Notes: a model not told the origin generated them from the letters alone. A stretch of 64,000 nt of DNA from Basidiobolus meristosporus CBS 931.73 (GCA_002104905.1 MCFE01000218.1:60719-124718), one strand, 5' to 3'; positions 25,813 to 38,493 are shown, numbered from the stretch's first letter. Numbers and translations: made by a program.

Positions 25813-26637
25813 TGTGGTGGTGTATAAGTCCAAGGGAGAGATACATCCAACACTTCTCAAGTGTTTTGTGTGTGGGGTGTTCACTGGGTGCAATAACCTC
25901 TGGCAAAAGCTTGCTAGGAATACTTGGGTTCTGTCTCTAATCTAATGTGAAGGGGAATAAAGCCACAAGCTTGTCAAGGGAAAACTATTGAGCTACAATC
26001 CCCAACTTAGTTGGCGTCTTAACAAAAGTATGTGCTGGGTTCAGCGTCCTTTGAGATGACAATGTACTAAAGCTTCCAAAGTCAAAACAACTGTAAACTC
26101 CACCAGCAGGGACTTGATAAGAATGCAGCTTTGGTCAATAGTTACAAAGACAGAAAAGTATCTTTGCCTGTACAAGAACAAACTTGGGAAAGAATCAAGT
26201 ATAATAAAAGATACCTACTCTGAGTATTCCTCACAAGTAGTGACAGCCAACTGACCTTGGAGGCACTACTTGTTTACTACAGGCAAAGATACTTTTCTGT
26301 CTTTGTAACTATTGACCAAAGCTGCATTCTTATCAAGTCCCTGCTGGTGGAGTTTACAGTTGTTTTGACTTTGGAAGCTTTAGTACATTGTCATCTCAAA
26401 GGACGCTGAACCCAGCACATACTTTTGTTAAGACGCCAACTAAGTTGGGGATTGTAGCTCAATAGTTTTCCCTTGACAAGCTTGTGGCTTTATTCCCCTT
26501 CACATTAGATTAGAGACAGAACCCAAGTATTCCTAGCAAGCTTTTGCCAGAGGTTATTGCACCCAGTGAACACCCCACACACAAAACACTTGAGAAGTGT
26601 TGGACGTATCTCTCCCTTGGACTTATACACCACCACA
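25813..26637. mobile_element. Foldback element: 360-bp inverted arms, 105-bp spacer, TG...CA ends, 4-bp TSD
   Basis: 25813-26172 is the reverse complement of 26278-26637, with one mismatch seen (CA versus CG); direct repeat CCGC at 25809-25812 and 26638-26641. Confidence 0.88.
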
Positions 26638-27679
26638 CCGCCAAGTTCTGCAACTCAAAATACTGATATATTGGAGTCTGGTACCAAAGTATTGATGAAG
26701 CTAGCTATCAAATGCAGTTTATTTGATCAAATTTGGTCAACTCTATCAAAAGTTATGAATGATCTAAGTGGATGCCGATTTTGATTATTTCACTCTCAAA
26801 TAGTCAGATATTCTGGAACAATGATGTCATGGAGACTCTTGTGCTCAAAAACACCGTGGTCCCACCTGCAAGGAAGTCCAGAACCACCCCACAAAAGGAA
26901 TTATCCCTGGGTCATCAGCAGAAAAAGAAAAGAAGAAAAAATGGAAAATACTACTACTGCAAACTAGGGTACTTCCCAAATGGTGCCAAAGCTTATGTAG
27001 GCCATATTTGGACTATCTGGCAATGCAGATATGTTCTATGGAGCCTCTTGTACAAAGTTCTCAAGCTAGAAACCCCAGAAGAGCCTTGAAACTTCAACAG
27101 GATCTGTTAGATATTGTAGTATATATTGGAACAGATTATTTAGTGCAGAAGTCTTGATGTCTGCTGTCTATGGAGCTGAAAGAAAAAGGTGCAAGGATCA
27201 ACCAGATGGTTTTTATGGATTCTGAAGACACTGAGAAGATCAGTTAGCCTTGGAAACCAAGCTCAAGGTTGAAAATAACTATCAGGAGAATAAGGATAAT
27301 CAAAGCCCTTGTTAAGGAGAATCTCACTTCTGGAAAAGCGCCAATCTCTATTCTACAAGTATATTCTGATAAGACAAAAGCAGCTGTATCAATCCAAATC
27401 AGTAGAAGCACTCTAAGAATAGCTACCAAACAACCCATGGTGTTGTCCAATACCAAACTGGGTAAATCAAGAAGCAAATGGACTTTGAATCTACCGCATA
27501 TGAAGTAATCAGTCCAAAGAAAGTTATTGCTATTTAAAGAAGACAAAGATGACCATTCTAGATCATATTTGTGGATCTGAATCACTAAACAGACGTGGTT
27601 CAAGTGGGAGCAGGCCATCCCAGCTCAGAGTTGAGCAAAAACCTTCTTTTTTTGGCCATGTTATATGTGCCACAGTGCC

Positions 27680-27910
27680 AGGAAACAAGGATAATCCAGA
27701 TTAGGCATAAATGACAAAACCTTAACTTGACCCAAAGTAGGTCACTATTTTTTACCTCATATAGCATCTATATGATGGAAGTAACTGTCCCTGAGCCTAA
27801 TATGGACACACAGTGAAGTTGTCTAAATGGATTAGACTGTTGGCCGGAAATAAGGAAACTCCAGATCTGCCGTAAATGACAAAACCTTAACTTGACCAAA
27901 AGTAGGTCAA
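27680..27910. repeat. Two direct repeats of about 37-65 bp in the 3' internal region of the non-autonomous element
   Basis: TAAATGACAAAACCTTAACTTGACC(C/A)AAAGTAGGTCA at about 27709 and 27873. Confidence 0.7.
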
Positions 27911-28615
27911 TTTTGCTTAAATAAGAAGCATTGAATAGCCCAGAGGCTATATACTATTATTACAATCTGGCAATTAGACTCAGCTTATTATTCAAGCCCG
28001 TACAACTGATCAAAGTTGATGATAAGTATTATGATCAGATCATTCAGATTTTTAGGCATATTACTAAGTAGATATGCATACTGAATTCCAAGTTACTTGT
28101 TCTATTAAGTTGAACACAAATTCATACACCTTTGGATAATATATTAGTCCAGTATGCAAAACAGTTAAATCTTATACGCTTATTACAGATTGCACACTCA
28201 CAATATGTATTTATTACTCATGAATATTTTGTTGAGTGGGAGTGTTGTAATTATTGAATTGTCACCTAAATATTCATGCTAACTTAGTCACATAGATCTT
28301 ATTCTGTGATTAGCATTCTGTCCTGACTAGATTTCTTGTTGGGATTTACTTAGAATATTTTCACCAAATTGTCAGGTACCCAGATTATTATTTTTCTCAA
28401 AGTCGTCCAAAAGACCCCAAACTGTGCACACATATTCTTGGGACCTTCCTTAACAAACTCTACACGTTTGTTTTCCTCTACTTTATCAAAAGTATAAATA
28501 CCATACTTTTGATCAATAAATCTACAAGTGAATAACATGTAAATCTTCTAGTTCTCCACATCACTTCCAATACTCCTCAGAATATTGCAACAATATCAAG
28601 ACCTCATGACATTCT

Positions 28616-28983
28616 TGTTGAGATATTGGACTATTTGGTATTGATCAGCAGCTAAAAATTTACTCAACAATTCTAGACTAGTCCTGGTAGTTGTAGAACT
28701 AGTTTTCAGCCCCAACTTTGCCAGTTTTTTCTGATCTATGATCCTATTGTTATTCCCCTATAGTCACAATTAGATTAACACATTTTACCAAGCATTATGT
28801 ACTAACCCAGAAACTGTTACCATGTGCTCCTGAATGTTAAGATACCCTCCTTACTTAGTGTTACAGCTGTATTAATTATAAAGCGGTATACATACTGATC
28901 CTCTATGAATAAACAACAGATTAATTACTATCAATATTTTTTGACAAGTTCTTCATATCTAAGGCACTTCTTAAATTGCAACA
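28616..28983 (+). repeat. Solo LTR of the 10373-15111 Copia family
   Basis: Reverse-complement homolog of 10373-10740; TGTTG...CAACA; near-TSD ATTCT/ATTCA. Confidence 0.8.
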
Positions 28984-30230
28984 ATTCATGACCTTTCATG
29001 ATCTGGCCCAATCAAGTTGGTGAGGAAATCAAGTTTCTTCTGAAAAGTTTTACTACCTTCCAGCAACTTCTGGATAGCTACAAGTCTATGTTACCAATGG
29101 AACAATGAATGGAAGCAACCCCTTAGAGTCTATGTAGCTCAATACTACATATGGTAATAGCATATCACATAACCTAGTCACATGATTGGCAGGCTCTTGG
29201 CATATCCCTGTATGACTTCCCAATCTGCTCTTTAGTATAGTTCTATCTTGGAGCACTTACTGTGCCTCACCCCCAAATCTCATCAGTATTAACCAATATC
29301 TCTTGGCATCCATATTGCCAAATAGTATATATAGTTCTATCCCCTCTTATTTATTCCACAGTCTGATAAACACAGGTCTTGACTAAACAGCATTGCCTTA
29401 GAAATCAACCTTGCCATATTGATCCAGATATAAGTCCTTTCCTGGTCTTGCCTGGCCTAGCTCTACTCTCTTACCTTGTGTCAATTCATAACAACTATAT
29501 CTGACTACTCTTGACTTACCTGTAGATCTCTGCCTTCTACCCAAAGTTCTTGAGTAGAACTTGTAAAGGAATACCCACCATAAGTATCACCCTCATTCTT
29601 TCCCTAGTCTTTTCCTTTAATGGCAAAGATACTTTATCTTTGTTAAACTATTGGCCAAAGCTGCAATCACTTTATTACCCTGCTGGTGTAGTTTACAGTT
29701 ATTACAGTATTGAAACCTTAGTATAATACTCTACCAAAGGACTAAGCAAGGAAACACACCTGGGTCCATGAGTGCTTCTGAATCTCAGCTACTAGCTAAT
29801 GACTTGAGCCTTGGGGGCGATTCTGCCCTTATTAGTAAGCTTAAAGATGGGCTCAGTGACAAAGTCAGTGACTTACTACTCATACTCCCTAATCTAACTA
29901 CCCTAGGTGAAGCTATGTATCAAGCAATCTAATGTGACAATTGCCTTATCCAGCAGAAACAGAAGTTCCAACATACTTATCAACCAACCTCTTTCCCAGT
30001 AATCCAGCCTCCCAGCACTAAGCCTGATGATCCTTTACAAACTGACAGTGCCAATCCAAGAAACATATAAAAGAAGAAAGATCTAGACATAAACAGGCAC
30101 ACCTCTGTCTTTATTGTTGCCAACCAGACCACTTTGACAAGTCTTGTCCTAACAAGATGTCCAGCTTCAAGCTCCTGCAATCATCCACTTAATAGCCATC
30201 TCCAGAACTGCTTGTAAGCTCCAGTGTCCA
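28984..30230 (+). pseudogene. Decayed Gypsy LTR plus gag fragment (family of 32361-33977)
   Basis: 29030-29760 is a reverse-complement homolog of the 33132-33977 LTR; 29780-29960 matches gag (ALISKLKDGLSDKVSDLLLILPNLTTLGEAMYQAI). Confidence 0.7.
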
Positions 30231-30239
30231 GTTAGCTTT

Positions 30240-32300
30240 GTTATTTTAAAGTCTGTATGCCTTACTCATTGCAGTAGTCCAAAAATATGCATTTTACACT
30301 TTTTGGCTCAAATTTTGACTGATTTCCAGGCAGTTTCTTGGCATCTGCTGTGCACCCAAATATTTTATATGTTCTGCGCTTAGTGTGTATCCAAACCATG
30401 TCTCACATGGAGAAGAATCATGAAGTATACTGTCATAACCACTATTTCTAAGGTATACAGCTGTAGTAATTGACTCCACCCATAAATCGTAGGATAACTT
30501 TTGAACATGGATCATCAATCTTGCCATATCTATTATTGACCTGCTTGCATATTCTGCTACTCCTTTTTGCTGTGGGGAGAATGGTGCAGTAATCATGCTT
30601 TATCTCATGAATTTTGCGGATGTGGATGAAGAGTTTTGAGGTATATTCTCCACTATTTTCAGAGCCTATTTTCTTGATTTTTTCACCAGTAATTCTCTCC
30701 ACATTGGCTTTAAGCTCCCTGAACTTAGACAGAGCTTCTTCCTTCCTCTGCATGAAGTAGACCCAAATGTATCATTTATTATCCTCAATAAAACTGATTA
30801 AATACTTCATCCCACTTAAGGATAAATTTAGCATAGGTCTACACAGTACCAAGTGATTTAGATTTAATTTTTTCTTAGTTTTGATTAACCCAGAGCTCTT
30901 GAAAAGTTATCAGGCTTGTTTCCCATGTATGCAGGCTTTATAGTGCTCCAAATTAGCTGGGGTTCAATTTCTACTCCAGAAATTAGCTGGCCTTGGATCA
31001 TTTTGCAAAAACAATCAAAATTAATATGTCCAAATCTCCTGCACCAAAGTATTGGTGTTTCTTCACTAAAGTTACATACAGTGGCTTCCAAACATGATGG
31101 AATTTAAGTCAACTTAAACAGACCCTGATCTCTAATGCCTAAAGCAATATGGGCACCATTTTGATCAGTGATTCTGCATCCAGAATTGTCAATGCTAATA
31201 CTGAGTCCTTCTGCAGTGGCCTTGCTTACAGATAGCAGGTTCTTGGCTATTTGTGGTACATAAGGTACTTCTTTAAAGGTCAGGGTATGGCTTTCTTCCC
31301 AGCTTCTGATGTTTACCTGAATACTTTCTTCTCCCACTGCATCAAGTGTTCTATTGTCACCCATGAAAACCTTCTTAACTGGGATTTCTTGATATTTGGA
31401 AAATAGTTCTTTTTGGTGTGTAAAGTGTTGGGATGCTCCAGAGTCAATGTACAGCATCTGAGAATCCTTGCTGTGGTGATATTTAGTGCAGATATGAATA
31501 GTCTATCTTCAGTTGTTGCAGCATTTCCATATTTAGGCTTCTTTTCCTAATAAGTTTTTCATTTCTTCACCTGGTTGCATCTTTGTAGTAACAAATGTTG
31601 GTCCCAGATACATTTTATTAGCAGCTGATCATGACTGATAGGTGTCTTCTGATGCCTTCCAGGCATTCTTTGCTGTTTTTGCACTTGAGCATGGAATTTG
31701 CAATTTGACTTTAACATTAAGGTAAATGCAGTTAAAGACACTTTGTTCTTTGTTCCTGTAATTTAAAGCTTCCTCTCCCATTTTTTTAGGAAGGCATTCT
31801 TCTTTCATGACAATACACTAAAGGCCTCATTCTAGTAGCAGCATCTTCAGCTTGACCTTCCACACTTGGTAGTTAGATCCATATAACTTTTTGGCAGAGT
31901 GAAAAATTCTAGTGGTAGCAGTATTAGACATTGCACAGAGTGACAGCTTGGGGCTCATAACCTGTTGTAAGAGTCTTGGAGATATTGGAAGTGATTGGGA
32001 GGATAAGTAGATTATGGGGTGTTCACTTAATGCTTTATTGAATGATGTTGTTGTATTTATACTTTTACATTATCTTGGCATAACAAACATATGGAATAGG
32101 TTTAGGAAGATACCAAGAACATGTATGGCAAGTTTAGGGCTTTTTAATATCTGTGAAAATTTTAATGTTCTGGGTTCCTGATTTTTTGGTGAGAATATTC
32201 TAAGTAAATCCCAACAAGAGTATTGGTCAGTATTCACTAGAATTTGGAAGTAATGACTCAACTAACTAAGTTAGGAAAATGTCTTGGTGGAATTACAGCT
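30240..32300 (-). pseudogene. 5' part of a Copia element: LTR, PBS, gag, protease, integrase (decayed)
   Basis: PBS revcomp GGGCTCATAACC at 31951-31962, LTR from 31963; YIDSGASQHFT (protease); LWCRRFGHIN (pre-integrase); GSENSGEYTS and APFSPQQKGVAE (integrase). Confidence 0.82.
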
Positions 32301-32360
32301 TTTTACTACAGATTTAACTGCATTTGCCTTAATGCAAAAGACAAATTGCTAATTCAATGC

Positions 32361-33080
32361 TCAAGAGCAAAAACAGCAATGATACCTGGAAGGCATCAGA
32401 AGACACCTTTCAATCTTGTTATCACACCGGATTGCTTGGTGCATAGCTTCAACCAATGTATCTGGATCTGGGAGTGTGAGTAGCAGATCACAAACTTCAT
32501 CATTAAGGCCATCTTGGAATTGGCTTATCAAGGCTGCTTGACCCCATGAGCCGAGGTCACTGGAGAGTTGTCGGAATTCTGAGGCATAGACTGATGCTGG
32601 TTTGTTCCCTTGCTTGAGGGTCTTGATCTTGTTGGCAGCAGTTCTGGCTTGGTCAAGGTTACCAAATGTTAGCTCCATTTCAGTGAGAAAAGCTTGGTAG
32701 TCTCTGAGGAGGGGAGAGTTGGTCTCCAGTAATGGGGAGAACCACTTGAGAGCTGTACCAGTAAGCAGGTTGGAGATGAAACCAACTTTGGCCTGGTCAG
32801 TGGGGTACTGGTTGGGCTGGAGTGCAAGATTGTTCTTCACCAAGTTGATGAAGCCACAGAATTCATTCTGAGAGCCATTGAACTTGGTAGCAGGAGTATA
32901 CTTGGGTTCTTGGTAGACTGGGACATGGCTAGTTTGCTGGACACTTTGGTTCTGGAACTGAGCAAGAGTGTTTCTGAGGTCTGCATGGTCTTGCTGCAGT
33001 TGGGTAAAGGCAGCCATGAGCTTGGCAAAGTTCAGCTCTAAGTTGGACATGGTAGCAGAGGAAGGCAGAGGAACTTGCAA
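32361..33080 (-). CDS. Ty3/Gypsy gag (RTL1/PEG10-like capsid), truncated
   Basis: KFNGSQNEFCGFINLVK...YPTDQAKVGFISNLLTGTALKWF...FGNLDQ...LKQGNKPASVYASEFRQL...FQDGLNDEV; the ORF runs into unrelated sequence near 32410. Confidence 0.8.
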   Translation of the reverse strand: MQVPLPSSATMSNLELNFAKLMAAFTQLQQDHADLRNTLAQFQNQSVQQTSHVPVYQEPKYTPATKFNGSQNEFCGFINLVKNNLALQPNQYPTDQAKVGFISNLLTGTALKWFSPLLETNSPLLRDYQAFLTEMELTFGNLDQARTAANKIKTLKQGNKPASVYASEFRQLSSDLGSWGQAALISQFQDGLNDEVCDLLLTLPDPDTLVEAMHQAIRCDNKIERCLLMPSRYHCCFCS

Positions 33081-33131
33081 GGAATACTGGAATATACTAA
33101 ACTAGGTTGTGGGTTTGTAAAGCCACTAGTA

Positions 33132-33977
33132 TGTCAAGAATACAACTATTGAGCCACAATCCCCAACTTAAATAAGTTAGCGTCACTTCAGAAGGTACTG
33201 GTTTCAGCGTCCTTTGATAGAGTATTGTACTAAAGCTTCCAATACTGTAACAACTGTAAACTCCACCAGCAGGGTAATAAAGTGAATGCAGCTTTGACCA
33301 ATAGTTTTACAAAGATAAAGTATCTTTGCCTTTATAGGACAAGACTAGGGAAAGATGATGGGTGATACTTATGGTGAGTATTCCTTTTACAAGTTTTCTT
33401 CAAACTTTGGGCAGAAGGCAGGGATCCACAGGTAAGTCAGGAGAGTCTGATAAAACTGTTATGAATAGACACAAGGCAGGAGGAAAAGCTAGGCACGGCA
33501 GGAAAGGACTTAGGTGTGGACCATCAAGGCAAGGCAGGATTCAAGGCAAGGCTGTTTATTCAAGACCTGTGTTTATCAGACTGAGGAATACTTAAGGGGG
33601 GATAGGACTATATATACTTTTTGGCTATACTGATGCCAAGAGATAATGGCTAATACTAATGGGGTTGTGGGGTGAGGCACAGCAATGGTGCTGGGGATAA
33701 TGACATAGATGACACGGCACTGAGACAGGATGGGGAAATGGACTGGGTCACCTGATCATGTGACTAAGTCATGTGACCTGGTATTTCCATATATGGTACT
33801 GAACTATGAAAAATATGATGGAAAGCTTCCATGGAATGTTCCATTGTGTAACAATGGTTTGGAATGGTCAGGAACTTTCTGGAAGGTGGTAGAAGGTTCC
33901 AGAAGGAATCTCTTAGAAATTGAGCTAGGAAGCTGAAACTTGGCATGGGTGTTCATGGTTGTCATGTGATCATGACA
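33132..33977 (-). repeat. 5' LTR of the Gypsy gag element (846 bp)
   Basis: TGTCA...TGACA termini, lies upstream of gag; homologs at 29030-29760 and 25973-26237. Confidence 0.75.
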
Positions 33978-35405
33978 CATAACCCATGAGTGAGCCTTCT
34001 TCTTCAGAACTGTTACTGTACTATAAATACTCATGGTAGAGAATGCAGTATCTTTGCTACAAAGAAGGAACTCAAGTAGCTCTATGACACACACCAGGAC
34101 TGAGCCATTTCTCAATGTCACAGCAGAGGAACATCATACACTCATTGAAGCAGAACAATGGTGCCCAAAGAAAAACCCCACAGAAAAGCCAATCACACCA
34201 TGGGAGGGAGAGACTGTGGTTATATCAAAGCCTAAAAATCAAGCAATATTAAATATGCATGCAGCTGTTGAATGCAATGATGATGAGTGAGCTAATGCTC
34301 AAGAGGTGGTGAGAAGTCTGGCATGCAGTCATCCAAAGGCTGGCATATCATGGGACTAACAGGAATCAAAGGCCAAGCAGGATGAGCTTGACTTGTTCCA
34401 TGGGCATTTTCCTGGATTCCAATAGGCAAACAATTCTTGGTGCAGCATTGGTATGCTAAGAAGCTATCTCAGGAATAGTAGGAACTATCAAAGGTGGAAA
34501 AACATGGGTGCCAAGGCAAAAAACCAGTGGCTTCCTCAAGGAGGAATGAATAACTTGAGGTACTGTATTCAAGGGTTGGCTGACTCCTTGATTCAGCAGG
34601 TGAATACCATGTGAATCCTCTAGTCATCCAAATCACCTCAAACACTGATCAAAATCTGGCCACAACTTGCTGTAGATAGAACCCTCATGGTCCATGTGTA
34701 AAAACAGATATCAACCTCTCCCCCCCCCCTCCTCTAAGCATTGGCAGCAATGGTCGTGGTGTTTAATCTGCCAATACATGATTTCTTGGTGGATTGATTG
34801 GATTACCCTACTACAATAAGAAGGCCCATGAACATGATGGCTGACATTCCAGGTGCTTCCCGCAAGGAGCTCGAGCATTGGATTCTACCAAGTGGGGAGC
34901 ACCTTGGGTATCTGACGAAGAAGAGACGGGGGAAGATCCATTAGGGGCACCAAACCTACCCCACTGCTCACATTGCTCCATAATCGGGTTCATGACGACA
35001 TCGGTGAACTGACGCCCAACCCGGCCACGAATCCCTTGGGGTAACGAATCTGGAAGGAGGTGGGCGACCGATTGGAGGAGAAGGCGGGTGCACAACGTGA
35101 AGCACCACGCCGAAATAGGCGATTCCTGGCCTTAATCTGACCGCCGGCATTGATTGGGCATCGATGATCTGCGGATCTGACCATTTCAGCATGTTGAGAT
35201 CCGAGGTAACATCGGCATTCTGTACGGCTAGGACGAGAATGGTGGGGTGTGCGAAGTGGCTCCTGTTAGAGCACCCACCGCCGTTCATCCCAGCGGAAGT
35301 TCCGAACAGGTCTGTGGTGGCAAAAAAGTACAGCGATTTTATTGAAGAAACAGGTGCGGGGGGAGCGGGAGCGGGAGCGGGAGGTGGGGGAATATCCACT
35401 GCAGT

Positions 35406-35885
35406 TTAGAGCTTGAGGGAGTTGGGCATGATCTCGATCCAGTAACCATCTGGGTCGGAGATGAAGGCGATCTCCTTCATGTTACCGTCCTCCAAACGCT
35501 TGACGAAGTTAACGTTGAGCGAGTCGAATCTCTCGCAGGCCTTGTCGACGTCATCCACAGTGACGGCGATGTGGCCGAATCCGCGGGGCTCCTTGTTACC
35601 GTTGTGGTAACCCTGGAAGGAGTCGTCATCTTCGGTACCCCAGTTGTGGGTGAGCTCCAGAAGACCGGAGCGGGAGAACAACCAGGCGGCACGCTCTTCC
35701 TCGGCCTCGGGGATCTCCTCGTTGGTGTAGGCGAGGAAGTAAAGGGTGAACTTACCGCTCTCGACGTCTTTACGGTAGACCAACTTCATCCCCAACACGT
35801 TGGTGTAGAAGTCCAAGGACTTCTTCGCATCCTTGACGCGAATCATCGTGTGGTTGAAGACGTATTTGCTGAGATCAGTGGACAT
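35406..35885 (-). CDS. GLO1: Glyoxalase I (lactoylglutathione lyase), single-domain, intronless, 159 aa
   Basis: [18 protein letters not shown]...FTLYFL...[10 protein letters not shown]...[26 protein letters not shown]...[13 protein letters not shown]; TATA-like ATATAAATAT upstream (about 35950-35959). Confidence 0.96.
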   Translation of the reverse strand: MSTDLSKYVFNHTMIRVKDAKKSLDFYTNVLGMKLVYRKDVESGKFTLYFLAYTNEEIPEAEEERAAWLFSRSGLLELTHNWGTEDDDSFQGYHNGNKEPRGFGHIAVTVDDVDKACERFDSLNVNFVKRLEDGNMKEIAFISDPDGYWIEIMPNSLKL

Positions 35886-36392
35886 GATGGGTGCCTTTCG
35901 AGTGAGTGGATGAGTAGGCGGATGAATGGGTGGGTCTCCACCGCTGGGCCATATTTATATATCCCCCGACGAAGCGGTCGCCGTGGGAAACCGGCCAATG
36001 GCAGTTGTCCATTCGTTACATGCTATAGGGTGATGTAACAATCGATGCGCATTACTGATGATGTGGGGTGGAAACACCAACCTCACCTGCAAAAAAAGGC
36101 GGATTACTAATGAACCCAACAGATCGGCTTGGGACGCCATCAGGGCGAAATCCGTTGCCTCTCCTCCCTGGACATATCACCCCTCCGTCAGCGGTGGAAG
36201 CGTTTCCTTCTGGTGGGGAGAAAACAGACCGTTTATTGAACAAGGGTGTAGAACAACGAGTGAACAGAAACGAAGTGGAGAGATGTTGGGTTGGTTCATG
36301 AGAGTGTATAGGGAAGTCAGGCGCACACCTAACAAAGGGTCTTCGAACAAAGTGTATGATTCAAGGAGGGGCGATTCTTGGGCTGCTGGTCA

Positions 36393-36871
36393 TCACGACA
36401 AGTTGAACCCCGCTGGGACATCATCGCTGCTTTCTTTGGCCAGCTGGGAAAGCCCATCCTTATACGAGGGGTTCTGAGTGGATGCCAGTGGTGCAACAGG
36501 GGGGCTTTGTGGATGGGGGATGGTTTCTGGGCTGGGATGAATGGAGCCCACCTCTGCTGCAGAGGTTTTGCCGGCTTTTTGCAAGGCGTAGTCGCCCGAA
36601 TCGAAGTACTTACGATCCTATGCAAGGGAATCCAGGTTAACAGCCGCATCTTCTGGATGGATGGGTGGACGGTGACAATACCTTGAGCTTTCGGTTCACC
36701 AGATCCTTACCACTTGGTAACCGGCCGTACATTTTGAAGATCTTCTTCTCTTCCTCGCTGAGTTTCTACGTAAGAGGGGACGAGGGTTAGCAACTTGCTC
36801 GGCTCACAAGAAGCGACCAGAGTAGGGATACTTACGCTCAGATCTACTTTGTTCTGTTTGGAAGGGAGCAT
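36393..36871 (-). CDS. IGO1: Endosulfine / ARPP-19 family protein (Igo1/Igo2-like), 3 exons: 36871-36836, 36765-36682, 36617-36393
   Basis: Spliced at GT-AG introns it reads MLPSKQNKVDLSKLSEEEKKIFKMYGRLPSGKDLVNRKLKDRKYFDSGDYALQKAGK...; FDSGDY is the Greatwall/Rim15 phosphosite signature. Confidence 0.92.
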
Positions 36872-38493
36872 CTTGGTTGTGAATCCAGTAGTGAGTGGTC
36901 GAGTGGAGTATGACAGTCTAGTTGGGTGAGTGCAAGGGGCTACGAGTTTAGTCTATTAAATTCCAACACCACTCCTCACGTCATATTCGAATTCGATGAA
37001 TTTCCCAGTCAAGCGAAAACGTGACCGATCGTGGGATTCCAGACATTCGCTAGAACGCAGGCGAATCCATGGTTCCAATTCTCCACTCCTCAAAGCTGTA
37101 TGCATGACAATGAGAAAGGCATTTAATTTATTCTCGGGTGTACAATTGGTGTATCGACAAACCCCAAGAAATTCCTTGCAACGATGAACAGACAGCACAA
37201 TGGGTTCATTCAGGATGGGATCTCTCGATCTTGCTCCGCGATATTTCCAACCCATCTAGCTTGGCCCTAATTATCGATTTTCCGGATCGGCCAATCAGAA
37301 CGAGCGCTGCATCGCACACCATTAATTTCCGATTCATCAGAGTCGAGAGATTTCGGTGGTAGGGGTGACGTACATGGAGTGCTTGCAGAGAGGCAAATAA
37401 ATTGCACCCGCTGGATTCAGTAGCCTAGGTTGCGGCTGAATTCGTCCGCTTGTCAATGTCGGTTGCAGTTGGTATGGCAGAGTAGCATCGCCAGGATACG
37501 GTAGCTGTCCAGAGGGTTGCCACTCACATCAGCTCCAGCCTGACCGCATAGGCTGAGGCTACGATACAGACTACTCTTTGCAGCTCTCGAATCAGAGCCC
37601 GTTGCTTGTTCCAAAAAAGCTCACTACGTATAGGTTGGAGATGGAGGCTCGCTTGATGCTAGGTGAGCTCGAGTGTAACAAAGGGCAATGGTGACTGGCT
37701 ATCCCTGTGAGTTCTAAAAATATTACCGTATACGCATGATCATGAGGTTTTCCTTTGATTGTCTGATGAAATTGCTTTGGCTAAACGGCAATCCTTGGAG
37801 GGAACAACCCCAACAGGTTTAATGACCGGCAGGTCTCCTGCAACCGGCAACCTCTTTCAGTCGCCTGGTTGCTGCGGCAGGCCAGGTCCCCATGCGCACC
37901 ATCATCGATGTGTACAGACTCATCAATCCGACATCGCCACAGCAAAGCACTCCACATAGAATTGGGGAGCCATAACGGATGTGCTTAGCGTGCTCAGGCT
38001 AAATGGAGTCCATCCCGCTCTGTTCAAATGGTCCGAAGTTTGCCACATACAGGCCCGTTCATTCGCCTGTCGTTTTCCGGTTGCCATGGTGTCTCATTTA
38101 ATCAACTACGGTACCCTCTGCCCATGTGCATCTGGAGAATCCTGGTAAAGGCCAGCACATGTGAGACTGGGCCCATGGTAAAATGGTGAGCTTGTGGGTG
38201 TGATGCGAGCGCTCGCCAATAGCGTAAACTTCTAACTCCACTCCAAATGCGACCAAGATAAATATGGTTAGTCGCACTCTCATTGGTTGACTGCTATCGA
38301 ATTGACCAAGTTGGTGGCTGCAAAATACCGCAATCTAGCACGGTTTACAAATGCTGGCAGCGCGCCATGTTACACTGACGGTGATTCCATTTATTATTAC
38401 TGATGACTGGTATACATATCAAACGAGACGTCTATACACGTAAAGCATTGGTAGTGAGGAAGAGGGCGAGGGAGTCTATGGAGTTGGCCCGTG

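Larger units (their letters stand above)
24447..28592 (+). mobile_element. Non-autonomous LTR retroelement with Copia-type PBS/PPT (LARD/TRIM-like)
   Basis: 350-bp LTRs at 24447-24796 and 28243-28592 (TGTTG...CAACA, about 6 mismatches by eye); PBS GGTTATGAGCCC at 24797; PPT-like GAGTGGGAG before the 3' LTR; TSD ATATC at 24442-24446 and 28593-28597; no recognisable Copia pol inside. Confidence 0.88.

Noticed and set aside
35477-36038. + strand ORFs (155 aa and 71 aa frames) overlapping GLO1
   Set aside because: Antisense or alternative-frame shadows of a GC3-rich gene; no recognisable motifs.
36956-37255. 99-aa minus-strand ORF just upstream of the endosulfine gene
   Set aside because: No recognisable domain, and it ends only 85 bp from the next start; cannot be supported without expression data.
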